Shown: positions 35,920-44,190 of the stretch, one piece after another
Layout: each line of letters begins with the position of its first letter
How positions within the stretch are numbered: the stretch's first letter is position 1
From: Candidatus Marinacidobacterales bacterium
GTDB lineage: Bacteria; Acidobacteriota; Vicinamibacteria; Marinacidobacterales; DATDRI01
Direction: 5' to 3'
Assembly: GCA_965226495.1 (NCBI GenBank)
Contig: OZ245365.1
Span: 5,504,001-5,568,000, forward strand
Length of the DNA stretch: 64,000 nt
Notes under the pieces: generated by a model
What the model was told of the DNA's origin: nothing
What the model saw: only the letters and a program-made list of their open reading frames with translations
Databases searched by the model: none
Made by a program: the position numbers and the translations under genes

Positions 35920-38900
35920 CTAGTCTTGTACCGCGTCCCGCCGCAATGCGAAGAGCTCTTTGAGATCGCCCGTGGAAAGTTCGGTCAACCATCCCTCTCC
36001 GGCACGCACCACCAAATCTGCGAGATCCTTTTTTTGCTCGATGAGCTCGTCGATTTTCTCTTCCACGGTGCCGGCACATATGAATTTATGCACCGCAACC
36101 GATCGTGTCTGGCCGATTCGGAAAACGCGATCGGTCGCTTGGTTCTCGACGGCCGGGTTCCACCAGCGATCGAAATGAAACACGTGACGCGCACGCGTCA
36201 GGTTCAAACCGAATCCGCCCGCCTTGAGTGAAAGCACGAAGACACTTGGTCCCGGCACTTCCTCTTGGAAACGGGTAATCATTTCGTCCCGCTGGCGCAC
36301 GGGAACCGCGCCATGAAGAAAGAGCACTTCGGTCGACAGCGCTTCGCGCAAATGCCGATGCAGCATACGACCCATCTCGGCGAACTGAGTAAAGATGAGG
36401 GCTCGATCGCCCTCGGCTAACACTTCTTCCAACATTTCGGTGATTCGGGTTAGTTTGCCGGAACGGCCATCGAGCTCGCTGTCGTCCCCAAGGTAATGAG
36501 TGGGATGGTTGCACACCTGTTTCAGCCGCGTGAGCGCAACGAGAACCTCGCCCTTGCGGCCCATGCCTTCGGAGTGGTCGATGCGAGTCAGGCTCTCGCG
36601 CACTACGGCTTCGTAGAGTGTCGCCTGCTCTCGAGTCAGGCTGCAAAAAACCTTCATTTCGTTCTTGCGTGGAAGATCCTTGATCACCGTGGGGTCGGTC
36701 TTCACGCGGCGCAGCACGAAAGGTTGCACGAGACGGCGGAGCTCTTCGGTAGCCTCTGGATCGCGGTACCTCTCGATGGGCACCGCGAAACGTCGCTTGA
36801 ACGAGAGATGAGAGCCCAGATACGAGGGGTTCAAAAACTCCATGATCGACCACAGCTCGGAAAGGCGATTCTCGACCGGTGTGCCGGTAAGAGCCACCCG
36901 GATCGGAGCGCCTAGACGCGTCACCGACTTGGTTTGCTTGGCGGCGGGGTTTTTGATGTTTTGTGCCTCGTCTAAGACCAGACCATCCCACTGAACTGCC
37001 GAAAGACGTTTTAGATCGCGATGAACCAAGCTGTAGCTCGAGACCACCAAATCGTGTCGTGCCGCCTGTCGGACGAAGGCGTCTCCCTCACGGCGTCCCA
37101 ATCCGTGGTGAATCAATACTCGCAATGCAGGTGCGAATCGCTCCGCCTCCTTCCTCCAGTTGCTCATCACCGAAGTGGGACAAATCAGAAGGAACGGGCG
37201 TTTCAGCTCGCCCGCTTGCCGGCGATGAAGGAGGAACGCAAGCATCTGAATGGTTTTTCCGAGTCCCATATCATCTGCCAGGCACGCCCCGAGGCCCCAC
37301 TTTCCGAGAAAGGTGAGCCAGGAAAGACCGCTAACCTGATAGGGCCGAAGCTGACCCTGGAAGTCACCCGGCGGGTCGAGCATTGGCAAAGACTCCATAC
37401 CCCCGAGCCTCCCCAAAAGTGTTTCGACCCAACCATCCGCCTCCAATCCACGGACCGGCAAGCCGTCTTCGCCGCGGCCGAGTCCCAACTGCAGGACTTC
37501 TCGAAGCGACATCACCGCTCGCGCCGGTTGGGAGCCGATCACTTTTAGCGCTTCCGCGACGTGCTCCTCTTTGAGCTCTACCCACCGGCCGCGCAGGCGA
37601 ACCAATGGCTGCTTGAGCGAGACGAGCTGAAGAAACTCTTCACGGTCTAAGCTCTCGTCACCGATGGCGACTTGCCAATCGAACTCTACGAGAGCATCGA
37701 GACCGAGAGCCGAGTCGACCCTTCCGGGATCCTCGGGGGCCGCCACGTGAAGCTTCAATCCGAAACCCGCTTCCTGCTTTTCCCACCAGGACGGAACGAG
37801 AACGCCGAAACCACTTTCGCGTAAGAGAAAAGCTGACTCGCGAAGAAAAAGATAGGCTTCGTCCAAGTCCAAATCGCAATACTCGGGCCTAGATTCCTTC
37901 AAGCTTTCTTCGATCGGTGGGAAAAGCGTCGAGGCGCGGCCGAGCGCTTCGAGGGCTCGTTCCTGCGGACGGTCCATCCGACGTTGGAGATAACGCCAAC
38001 TCTGTCCCGCATGTCTCCAAATTCGACCCACGGGAATGAGGAGACTCGGGTCATCGACGGCCTGCAGAAAAAACTGGAGCCTCCATCTTTCGCCGGCCCC
38101 GGCGCCTTCTCCTTCAGGTGGATCGAGTCGGAAAGCGATCCGAAAAGGCGCTTCGGTCTCGTCCTCCAAGGACCGGCGCCAATCGGCCAGCTCGAGCTCC
38201 AACGAGCGTCTCTCGTTTCCAGTTGCGGAAAGCGCGCCCTGGGAATCCAATAGAGCCGCCGCGAAGTGAGCACCTTGGCTATCGATGACACGAGGTCTCA
38301 GTCTCAGGCGCGAGGCAGCCTGACGCACGAAGACATCGACGGCGGTCGCCAGGAAATCGTTCAACAAGTCGTCGGGGTCGACACCTTTGCGATTGGCTTG
38401 AACGAAAGCGCGGCAAACCGGAGGCATCGCCGAGGCCAAACCTTCCACTCGCTCGTCCTCCTCATCCAGCAAAGGCTCCCAAAGAGCGCGGGCCCTGGAA
38501 TTCGACCCGTCCACACCGGGTAAGAATCTCTGACGCGCGAGGAGCTCGAGCGCCATACGCGCCGCAGTAGCCCAAAAGCGCACATCCTGCCCTAGCCGTA
38601 CGCGTAACGGAGTTTGACTGAGCTCGTCAAAATGACCAGGCTCACTGGGGAGGCTCGCCAACCATCCGAGTGCGGTCATGGGCGCAAGCGATAGGCCCGG
38701 GATTCGCCATTTGGCCAAACGTTTCGCGGAAGAGATCTCGCGCTCGTCGACGATCAATTCTGGGGACGCCACCGGTTCCCCGTGAAGACTCGGCAGGAAA
38801 AAATCCGATTCGCCTCGTGAAAAGCTGGCTTGATAACCGTTTTCCCCGAATGCCGCGAAGATCTCCTCTTCGATCTGCCGGCGAGGCGAGTGAAACGGAT

Positions 38901-39021
38901 GAAGGGGCGCGGCATCCGCCTTGGTGCGACCGCGAGGGGGCGCGGGAGAACCGGTTTCTCCCCAGAGGAAGAACCCTCCTCCTCCAGATGACGGAATCCA
39001 TGTTCCGTGGGCGACAATCAC
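35920..39021 (-). CDS. SNF2-family helicase (alternative start 39120)
   Basis: LRPYQ, LADDMGLGKT, DEAQ, LTGTPVEN, LRRVK, SGK, DRWWNP, DRVFRIGQ. Confidence 0.96.
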   Translation of the reverse strand: MIVAHGTWIPSSGGGGFFLWGETGSPAPPRGRTKADAAPLHPFHSPRRQIEEEIFAAFGENGYQASFSRGESDFFLPSLHGEPVASPELIVDEREISSAKRLAKWRIPGLSLAPMTALGWLASLPSEPGHFDELSQTPLRVRLGQDVRFWATAARMALELLARQRFLPGVDGSNSRARALWEPLLDEEDERVEGLASAMPPVCRAFVQANRKGVDPDDLLNDFLATAVDVFVRQAASRLRLRPRVIDSQGAHFAAALLDSQGALSATGNERRSLELELADWRRSLEDETEAPFRIAFRLDPPEGEGAGAGERWRLQFFLQAVDDPSLLIPVGRIWRHAGQSWRYLQRRMDRPQERALEALGRASTLFPPIEESLKESRPEYCDLDLDEAYLFLRESAFLLRESGFGVLVPSWWEKQEAGFGLKLHVAAPEDPGRVDSALGLDALVEFDWQVAIGDESLDREEFLQLVSLKQPLVRLRGRWVELKEEHVAEALKVIGSQPARAVMSLREVLQLGLGRGEDGLPVRGLEADGWVETLLGRLGGMESLPMLDPPGDFQGQLRPYQVSGLSWLTFLGKWGLGACLADDMGLGKTIQMLAFLLHRRQAGELKRPFLLICPTSVMSNWRKEAERFAPALRVLIHHGLGRREGDAFVRQAARHDLVVSSYSLVHRDLKRLSAVQWDGLVLDEAQNIKNPAAKQTKSVTRLGAPIRVALTGTPVENRLSELWSIMEFLNPSYLGSHLSFKRRFAVPIERYRDPEATEELRRLVQPFVLRRVKTDPTVIKDLPRKNEMKVFCSLTREQATLYEAVVRESLTRIDHSEGMGRKGEVLVALTRLKQVCNHPTHYLGDDSELDGRSGKLTRITEMLEEVLAEGDRALIFTQFAEMGRMLHRHLREALSTEVLFLHGAVPVRQRDEMITRFQEEVPGPSVFVLSLKAGGFGLNLTRARHVFHFDRWWNPAVENQATDRVFRIGQTRSVAVHKFICAGTVEEKIDELIEQKKDLADLVVRAGEGWLTELSTGDLKELFALRRDAVQD

Positions 39022-39188
39022 GTGATTCGTCTCAAAAAGCCGAGGCGGCGCGTTCCGTCCAGGCGATCTTTCCAGTCTAGCACGAGGCGGCCGAGCCCAA
39101 GCCTCCGAAACAAGTGCCACCCTTTTGGTGAGAACGACCGGATAACCTTCTAACTGTTTGATTCCTGAGGGTATTCAGGCAGGGAGGT

Positions 39189-39284
39189 TGGCGGAGAGGG
39201 TGGGATTCGAACCCACGTGCCCAGTTATTAACCGGACAAGACGCTTTCGAGGCGCCCCCGTTACGACCACTTCGGTACCTCTCC
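39189..39284 (-). tRNA. tRNA-Ser(CGA)
   Basis: GGAGAGG acceptor stem, CGA anticodon, long variable arm, TTCGAATC, CCA. Confidence 0.96.
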
Positions 39285-39348
39285 GCGCGAGTGCTCGCCG
39301 ATTCGACGACGTTCCTTATCGGTACGATAGCTTCTCTGGAGCTTCCTC

Positions 39349-39783
39349 CTACACGCGATCCCGCCGGTAGCGGAAAAAGTCCTGCATCAGTTTTCGGCAG
39401 TCATGCTCGAGAACACCTGAAATAACTGCCAGCCGGTGAGGCACCCGGATGCTTTCTAGATCCACAATCGATTCCACGGCCCCAAACTTGGGCTCCTTCG
39501 CTCCGTAGACCAACGTGCTGACCCGCGCGTGAACGATGGCTCCGATACACATCAGGCACGGCTCCACCGTTACATAAAGCGTCAACCCCCGGAGTCGGTA
39601 ATCCCCAAGCTCCTTTGCGGCGTGGCGAATCGCAACCAGCTCTGCGTGTGCGGTGGGGTCAACCGTGTGGATGGGCTGATTGAACCCGGTCGCAACAATC
39701 ACCTCATCCTTAGTCAGGATGGCGCCAATCGGCACCTCTCCCAAGTGGAGTGCTTTGTGCGCCGCCTCCAGGGCGTGTCGCAT
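39349..39783 (-). CDS. tadA: tRNA adenosine-34 deaminase (start may lie slightly upstream)
   Basis: GEVPIGA, DPTAHAE, EPCLMC. Confidence 0.93.
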   Translation of the reverse strand: MRHALEAAHKALHLGEVPIGAILTKDEVIVATGFNQPIHTVDPTAHAELVAIRHAAKELGDYRLRGLTLYVTVEPCLMCIGAIVHARVSTLVYGAKEPKFGAVESIVDLESIRVPHRLAVISGVLEHDCRKLMQDFFRYRRDRV

Positions 39784-39931
39784 CAACTCTTCGTGGGTCC
39801 CGATTCCTAAGTCCTCAGCGACGACGTTTCGCCTCGCATCACGCCGCGCAAGCCACTCGTCGCACACACATTATAATAGGAACCGCCCGATTTCGCGCCC
39901 GATTGCCGCTTGAAATCCCAACTATCCGAAG

Positions 39932-40010
39932 TGCTAAAAATTTAGCAAATAAACTTGACGGGACCGCGGTCTCAGTGCTAGATTTCCAGCATGATGCTGA
40001 AATATTAGCA
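39932..40010 (+). promoter_or_regulatory. blaI promoter with three palindromic operators TGCT-N8-AGCA
   Basis: Operators at 39932-39947, 39976-39991, 39995-40010; TTGACG (39955) then TGc-TAGATT extended -10. Confidence 0.85.
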
Positions 40011-40038
40011 TGGCAGGAAGTCGAGGAGGCGAAACCAC

Positions 40039-40446
40039 GTGACCAAGAAACATTCGATGGGCGAAAAAGCGTATCTAAGCTTGAGCACTCGGGAACGGCA
40101 GATCATGGACTTGTTGTATCGCTTTGGCCAGTCTACCGCGGCCGAAGTGCAGGCCAACCTGCCCGATCCTCCGGGTTACTCGGCGGTGCGGGCAACGCTA
40201 CGCATCCTGGAGGAAAAGGGACACGTTGGCCACGACCAGGACGGTCCGCGTTACGTCTTCACTCCTACCGTGGGGCAGGACAAGGCCAAGCGCTCTGCTA
40301 TCCAACACCTTCTTCACACGTTCTTTAACGGATCGACCGAGCAGGCCGTCGCTACGCTCTTGGACGATTCCACCGCCGATCTCTCGTCCGAAGAGCTGAG
40401 CCGCCTCGCGAAGCTGATCGACAAGGCGCGCACGAAAGGAGCCTAG
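40039..40446 (+). CDS. BlaI/MecI/CopY-family repressor
   Basis: LSTRERQIMD, YSAVRATLRILEEKG, FFNGS; GAGGAGG SD. Confidence 0.95.
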   Translation: MTKKHSMGEKAYLSLSTRERQIMDLLYRFGQSTAAEVQANLPDPPGYSAVRATLRILEEKGHVGHDQDGPRYVFTPTVGQDKAKRSAIQHLLHTFFNGSTEQAVATLLDDSTADLSSEELSRLAKLIDKARTKGA

Positions 40447-40448
40447 CC

Positions 40449-42557
40449 ATGTCTTGGACCCTCTTCACTGCGAACATTCTCGTCAAAGGATTTGTTGTCC
40501 TGGGAGTGGCTTCTCTGATGACCGTCGCACTGAGACAGGCCTCGGCGGCGACGCGGCACGTCGTTTGGGCGTTGGCGCTGATCAGTCTTCTGGCCTTGCC
40601 TTTCTTGTCTTCGGCCTTGCCCACGTGGCAGCTGCCGCTGCCGGTAATGTTCTTGCCGGCTACGCCTTCACCCGACACCCTTGTTCCTGAACGCGGCGTC
40701 GTTGCTGCGGCCCCGACCACGACCGTTCGACCCAAACGCAACGTGTCGCCCTCTACTGAAACGCGGCCGTCCCCCTCCCAGCGTCCCGCACCGGCCGGTG
40801 ATCGCACCGGCTCGACTCTGGCGACCATTGGTTGGCAAACCTGGGTCCTGGCGATCTGGCTCGCCGGATTGGCGCTATTCGCTTCGCGCATCCTCGTTGG
40901 CTTGGTTCGAAGCCGCCATGCCGTGCGCTCGGCGCATGCGATCAAAGATCCCTCGTGGAAGCTTCTGTGTGAAGAAATCGCAGATAAGTTTGGGATCTCG
41001 CAAAGGGTCAGGCTGCTAGAAAGCCCTCGTGCCTCATTGCCTGTGACTTGTGGGTTCTTTCGTTCCTCGGTGCTCCTACCGGAAAACGCCAACGAATGGA
41101 CGGCGGAGCGGCGGCGGAGTGTGTTGCTTCATGAGATGGCTCACGTGAAGCGTCGAGACTGCCTCGTCCAGTTGTTCGCGCAACTCACCTGTGCTGCACA
41201 CTGGTGCAACCCGGCTGTTTGGTTCGCGGCAAGAGAGTTACGGCGCGAGAGCGAGCGAGCCTGCGACGATCTGGTCTTGCACGCGGGTACCCGCCCTTCC
41301 GATTATGCGCACGACCTTCTCGACATGGCTCGGGTATTGACCATGACCCCGACTCCTACCCTGGCCGCGGTCACGCTCGCGCACCGTTCAAGGCTCGAGG
41401 AGCGACTCCTGGCCATTCTGAATCCCAAGCTCCCGCGGCGAGCCCTGAGTCGCCTTTCCGTCTCGTTAGCCACGCTGGCAGTCGTTCTCTTCGTTCTCCC
41501 ATTGGCGACGCTCGTGCCGTCTGCAAAGGCCAGAGAGACATTGCGACCCCACTCGCCGAACCCGCTACTACTCTTAGAAGAGAGTGCGTTGGAAAATAAA
41601 ATGAGCGAACGGGTCCGTTTGCAGGGGCGGGAAACGGACGGAGGGATCCAAACGCTTTCCGAAGTGGAAACAAAGGAGCAGGACGTGGACTCGGATCGCG
41701 ACCGTCAGGTGAACGTTCGCGACGTCGATGACGATGGTGACGACGACGATGAGCGAGAGCGTGTGGACGAGCGCTTGTTGATCCCGCTAATGGAAGCACT
41801 CTCCGATCCGGAACCGGCGGTTCGAGAGCAAGCGGCGGAGGTGCTTGGCGACCTCGAAGACGAAAGAGCGGTCGAGCCCCTCATGGCAGCCGTCACCGAT
41901 GAAAATGAGGACGTGCGAGCGCAGGTCATTTGGGCGCTCGGAAACATGGAAGATCCTCGAACCTTCGAAACCCTCCGTACCGCACTTCGCGATGAGAGCG
42001 AAGAAGTCCAGGAGAGCGCGATCTGGGCTCTTGGGCAACTCGAAGACCCACGGTCGATCGACGCCTTGACCGAAGCGCTCAAATCTGCGAATCCCGACAT
42101 CCGGGAGACGGCCGCCACCTCTCTTGGAAGGATCGAGGACCCTCGCGCGATCGGTGCATTGGAGAGCGTGATCCACGACGAAAGCTCCGACGTCCGAGAG
42201 CAGACCGTCTGGGCACTCGGCATGATCGAAGATCCCGGCTCGGTGCCGGCTTTGAAGGAGGCGCTCCAGGATGAGAATCCTGACGTCCGTGAGCAGGCCG
42301 CTTGGGCGCTCGGCAAAACGGAAGATCCGAGCGCGCTCGATGCTCTCGCGACCGCAGTAAACGATGAGAGTCCCGATGTCCGTGAACAAGCCGTCTGGGC
42401 AATGGGCATGATCCAGGATGCCCGCTCGGTAGACGCCTTGATCGTTGCGCTCAAAGATCAAGAACCCGACATCCGCGAACAGGCCGCTTGGGCGCTCGGC
42501 ATGATCCAGGATTCCCGCGCCGTCGACCCTCTGATCGCCGCCGTCACCGATTCCTAA
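40449..42557 (+). CDS. BlaR1-like M56 metallopeptidase with C-terminal HEAT/PBS repeats (last two repeats cut off by TAA)
   Basis: AATRHVVW, HEMAH, HWCNP, ERACDD, LEERL; 31-aa repeats DVREQAAWALG. Confidence 0.93.
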   Translation: MSWTLFTANILVKGFVVLGVASLMTVALRQASAATRHVVWALALISLLALPFLSSALPTWQLPLPVMFLPATPSPDTLVPERGVVAAAPTTTVRPKRNVSPSTETRPSPSQRPAPAGDRTGSTLATIGWQTWVLAIWLAGLALFASRILVGLVRSRHAVRSAHAIKDPSWKLLCEEIADKFGISQRVRLLESPRASLPVTCGFFRSSVLLPENANEWTAERRRSVLLHEMAHVKRRDCLVQLFAQLTCAAHWCNPAVWFAARELRRESERACDDLVLHAGTRPSDYAHDLLDMARVLTMTPTPTLAAVTLAHRSRLEERLLAILNPKLPRRALSRLSVSLATLAVVLFVLPLATLVPSAKARETLRPHSPNPLLLLEESALENKMSERVRLQGRETDGGIQTLSEVETKEQDVDSDRDRQVNVRDVDDDGDDDDERERVDERLLIPLMEALSDPEPAVREQAAEVLGDLEDERAVEPLMAAVTDENEDVRAQVIWALGNMEDPRTFETLRTALRDESEEVQESAIWALGQLEDPRSIDALTEALKSANPDIRETAATSLGRIEDPRAIGALESVIHDESSDVREQTVWALGMIEDPGSVPALKEALQDENPDVREQAAWALGKTEDPSALDALATAVNDESPDVREQAVWAMGMIQDARSVDALIVALKDQEPDIREQAAWALGMIQDSRAVDPLIAAVTDS

Positions 42558-42717
42558 AGCGACGTCCGGGCCGAGGTCGTTGGCGCCCTCGGAATGCTCC
42601 AGGACCGACGAGCCCTCGACACCTTGACGCAAGCCATCAAGGACGAAGACCCGGGACGTCCGCGCACAGGCACTTTGGGCGATCTCCATGTTGGCTCGTG
42701 GATCGGACGACGAGTGA
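41774..42717 (+). repeat. About 10 degenerate 93-bp coding repeats (HEAT), two of them extending beyond the stop
   Basis: 31-aa periodicity; recurring GACGTCCG.GAGCAG...TGGGCGCTCGG. Confidence 0.85.
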
Positions 42718-42786
42718 CGACCGCGCGGCATAGCGTCCTCTGAGACACCGGCCAGCCGCCATGCCGGAAGTCGGGGCCGATGAAGC

Positions 42787-44190
42787 ATGAAGACGGCGCT
42801 TTTTTTCCTCCTCTCGTCGACGCTCGTTGCTGCCGCTGAGCAACCGCGAGTCAGCGCCTACGAGCTCGACGTCTCTTTTTTCCCGGACACGAGGTCGATG
42901 GAAGGCCTCGCTCTGATTCGCTTCGAGCCTACCGATAGCGCTCCGCCCACACTCACGTTCTACCTCCACGGCGAGCTCTCGGTAGACGCGGTTCATCTCG
43001 GCGAGGACTCGCTCGAAATAGAGCAGGACCAGGTGTTCTACGACTTCGACTACTCCCTGGTCGCAACCAGAGTCCGACTCGAGCTCGAAGGAAAGAACCT
43101 GGACCAGGGCCTCTCGATAACCTATTCGGGATTTTTCAACCCGTCGCAAGCTCGGTCACGCACCGACTACATGCGCATCGACTCGGACGGTGTCTTTCTA
43201 CGAGCCTATGGATACTCCCTCTGGTTCCCGACCTTCTTGGAAGCGCAACGAGACTCTTACCCGGTCTCCTTTTCCAAGGTCATGCTCCGAACGCCGCCCG
43301 ATTTCGAATCCGTTTTCGTGGGCCGCAAGCTCACAGAGCGCCAAGAGGACGGCCAACGAGTGACCGAATGGATCGCGGAGGGGATCAACTTGATCGACGC
43401 CCAATGTACGGCTCAGCGGTACTCCGTCACCGCTCACGGCGGCTACTTTCTTTATCATCATGATGACCAAGTGTCGCGGGCCGCGACAGAGCGCATCCTG
43501 CTTTTCGCGAAACAGCTGAACGGCTTCTACCAGAACGTATATAAGAAGGATGCGGATGCTCCCCAGTTCCATATTATGGATATGCCCCGCTATGGCGACA
43601 TCTCGAGCGGCAACGTAGTCGGGATCAACCGCGAGTTGTGGGTCGAGCTCGATGAAACCTCTTACCCCGCGCGAGTCCTCGCTCACGAGCTGGTTCATCC
43701 CTTGGTGCATGTTGATACGAATCGTGCCGACCCCTTGGCGGCTTTGGCGGTCGAAGGATTCCCTGCGTACTTCCACCTTCCGATCATGGCGGAGTTTTTG
43801 GGCGAGGACTACTACCGGACGCACCTAAAGCGGACCGAGACGCGCTATCTAGAGAAAAAATCCTCGGGAACCGATCGTCGCGGACATCCGTTGCCCCAAG
43901 AGAAACCGCTTCTCGATATCGAGGAGGACGAGATCGGTGCCTACAAAGATCCCTTTCTTCTATCGGACCGGGCGCTCTTGTTCTTCGATTACCTCCGAAG
44001 ACAAATGGGCCACGATTTGTTCTTCGCCTTCATCCGGACCCTTTTTAACCGCGAAAAGCTAGACTTGGCGACCTTCGAAGCCACCGTACTCGATTACCTG
44101 CCCGGGACAAAAGGAGAACTCGATCTGTGGCTCAGGACGACCGATTACCCCGAACAGCTTCGACTAGATCACGGGGAAAGGACCAGATGA
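42787..44190 (+). CDS. Secreted M1-like gluzincin peptidase
   Basis: Signal peptide; HELVH-x18-E; WFP motif in the N-terminal beta domain. Confidence 0.8.
   Translation: MKTALFFLLSSTLVAAAEQPRVSAYELDVSFFPDTRSMEGLALIRFEPTDSAPPTLTFYLHGELSVDAVHLGEDSLEIEQDQVFYDFDYSLVATRVRLELEGKNLDQGLSITYSGFFNPSQARSRTDYMRIDSDGVFLRAYGYSLWFPTFLEAQRDSYPVSFSKVMLRTPPDFESVFVGRKLTERQEDGQRVTEWIAEGINLIDAQCTAQRYSVTAHGGYFLYHHDDQVSRAATERILLFAKQLNGFYQNVYKKDADAPQFHIMDMPRYGDISSGNVVGINRELWVELDETSYPARVLAHELVHPLVHVDTNRADPLAALAVEGFPAYFHLPIMAEFLGEDYYRTHLKRTETRYLEKKSSGTDRRGHPLPQEKPLLDIEEDEIGAYKDPFLLSDRALLFFDYLRRQMGHDLFFAFIRTLFNREKLDLATFEATVLDYLPGTKGELDLWLRTTDYPEQLRLDHGERTR

Noticed and set aside
41774-42717. CRISPR-like periodicity
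   Set aside because: 93-bp degenerate coding HEAT repeats with no spacers or cas genes
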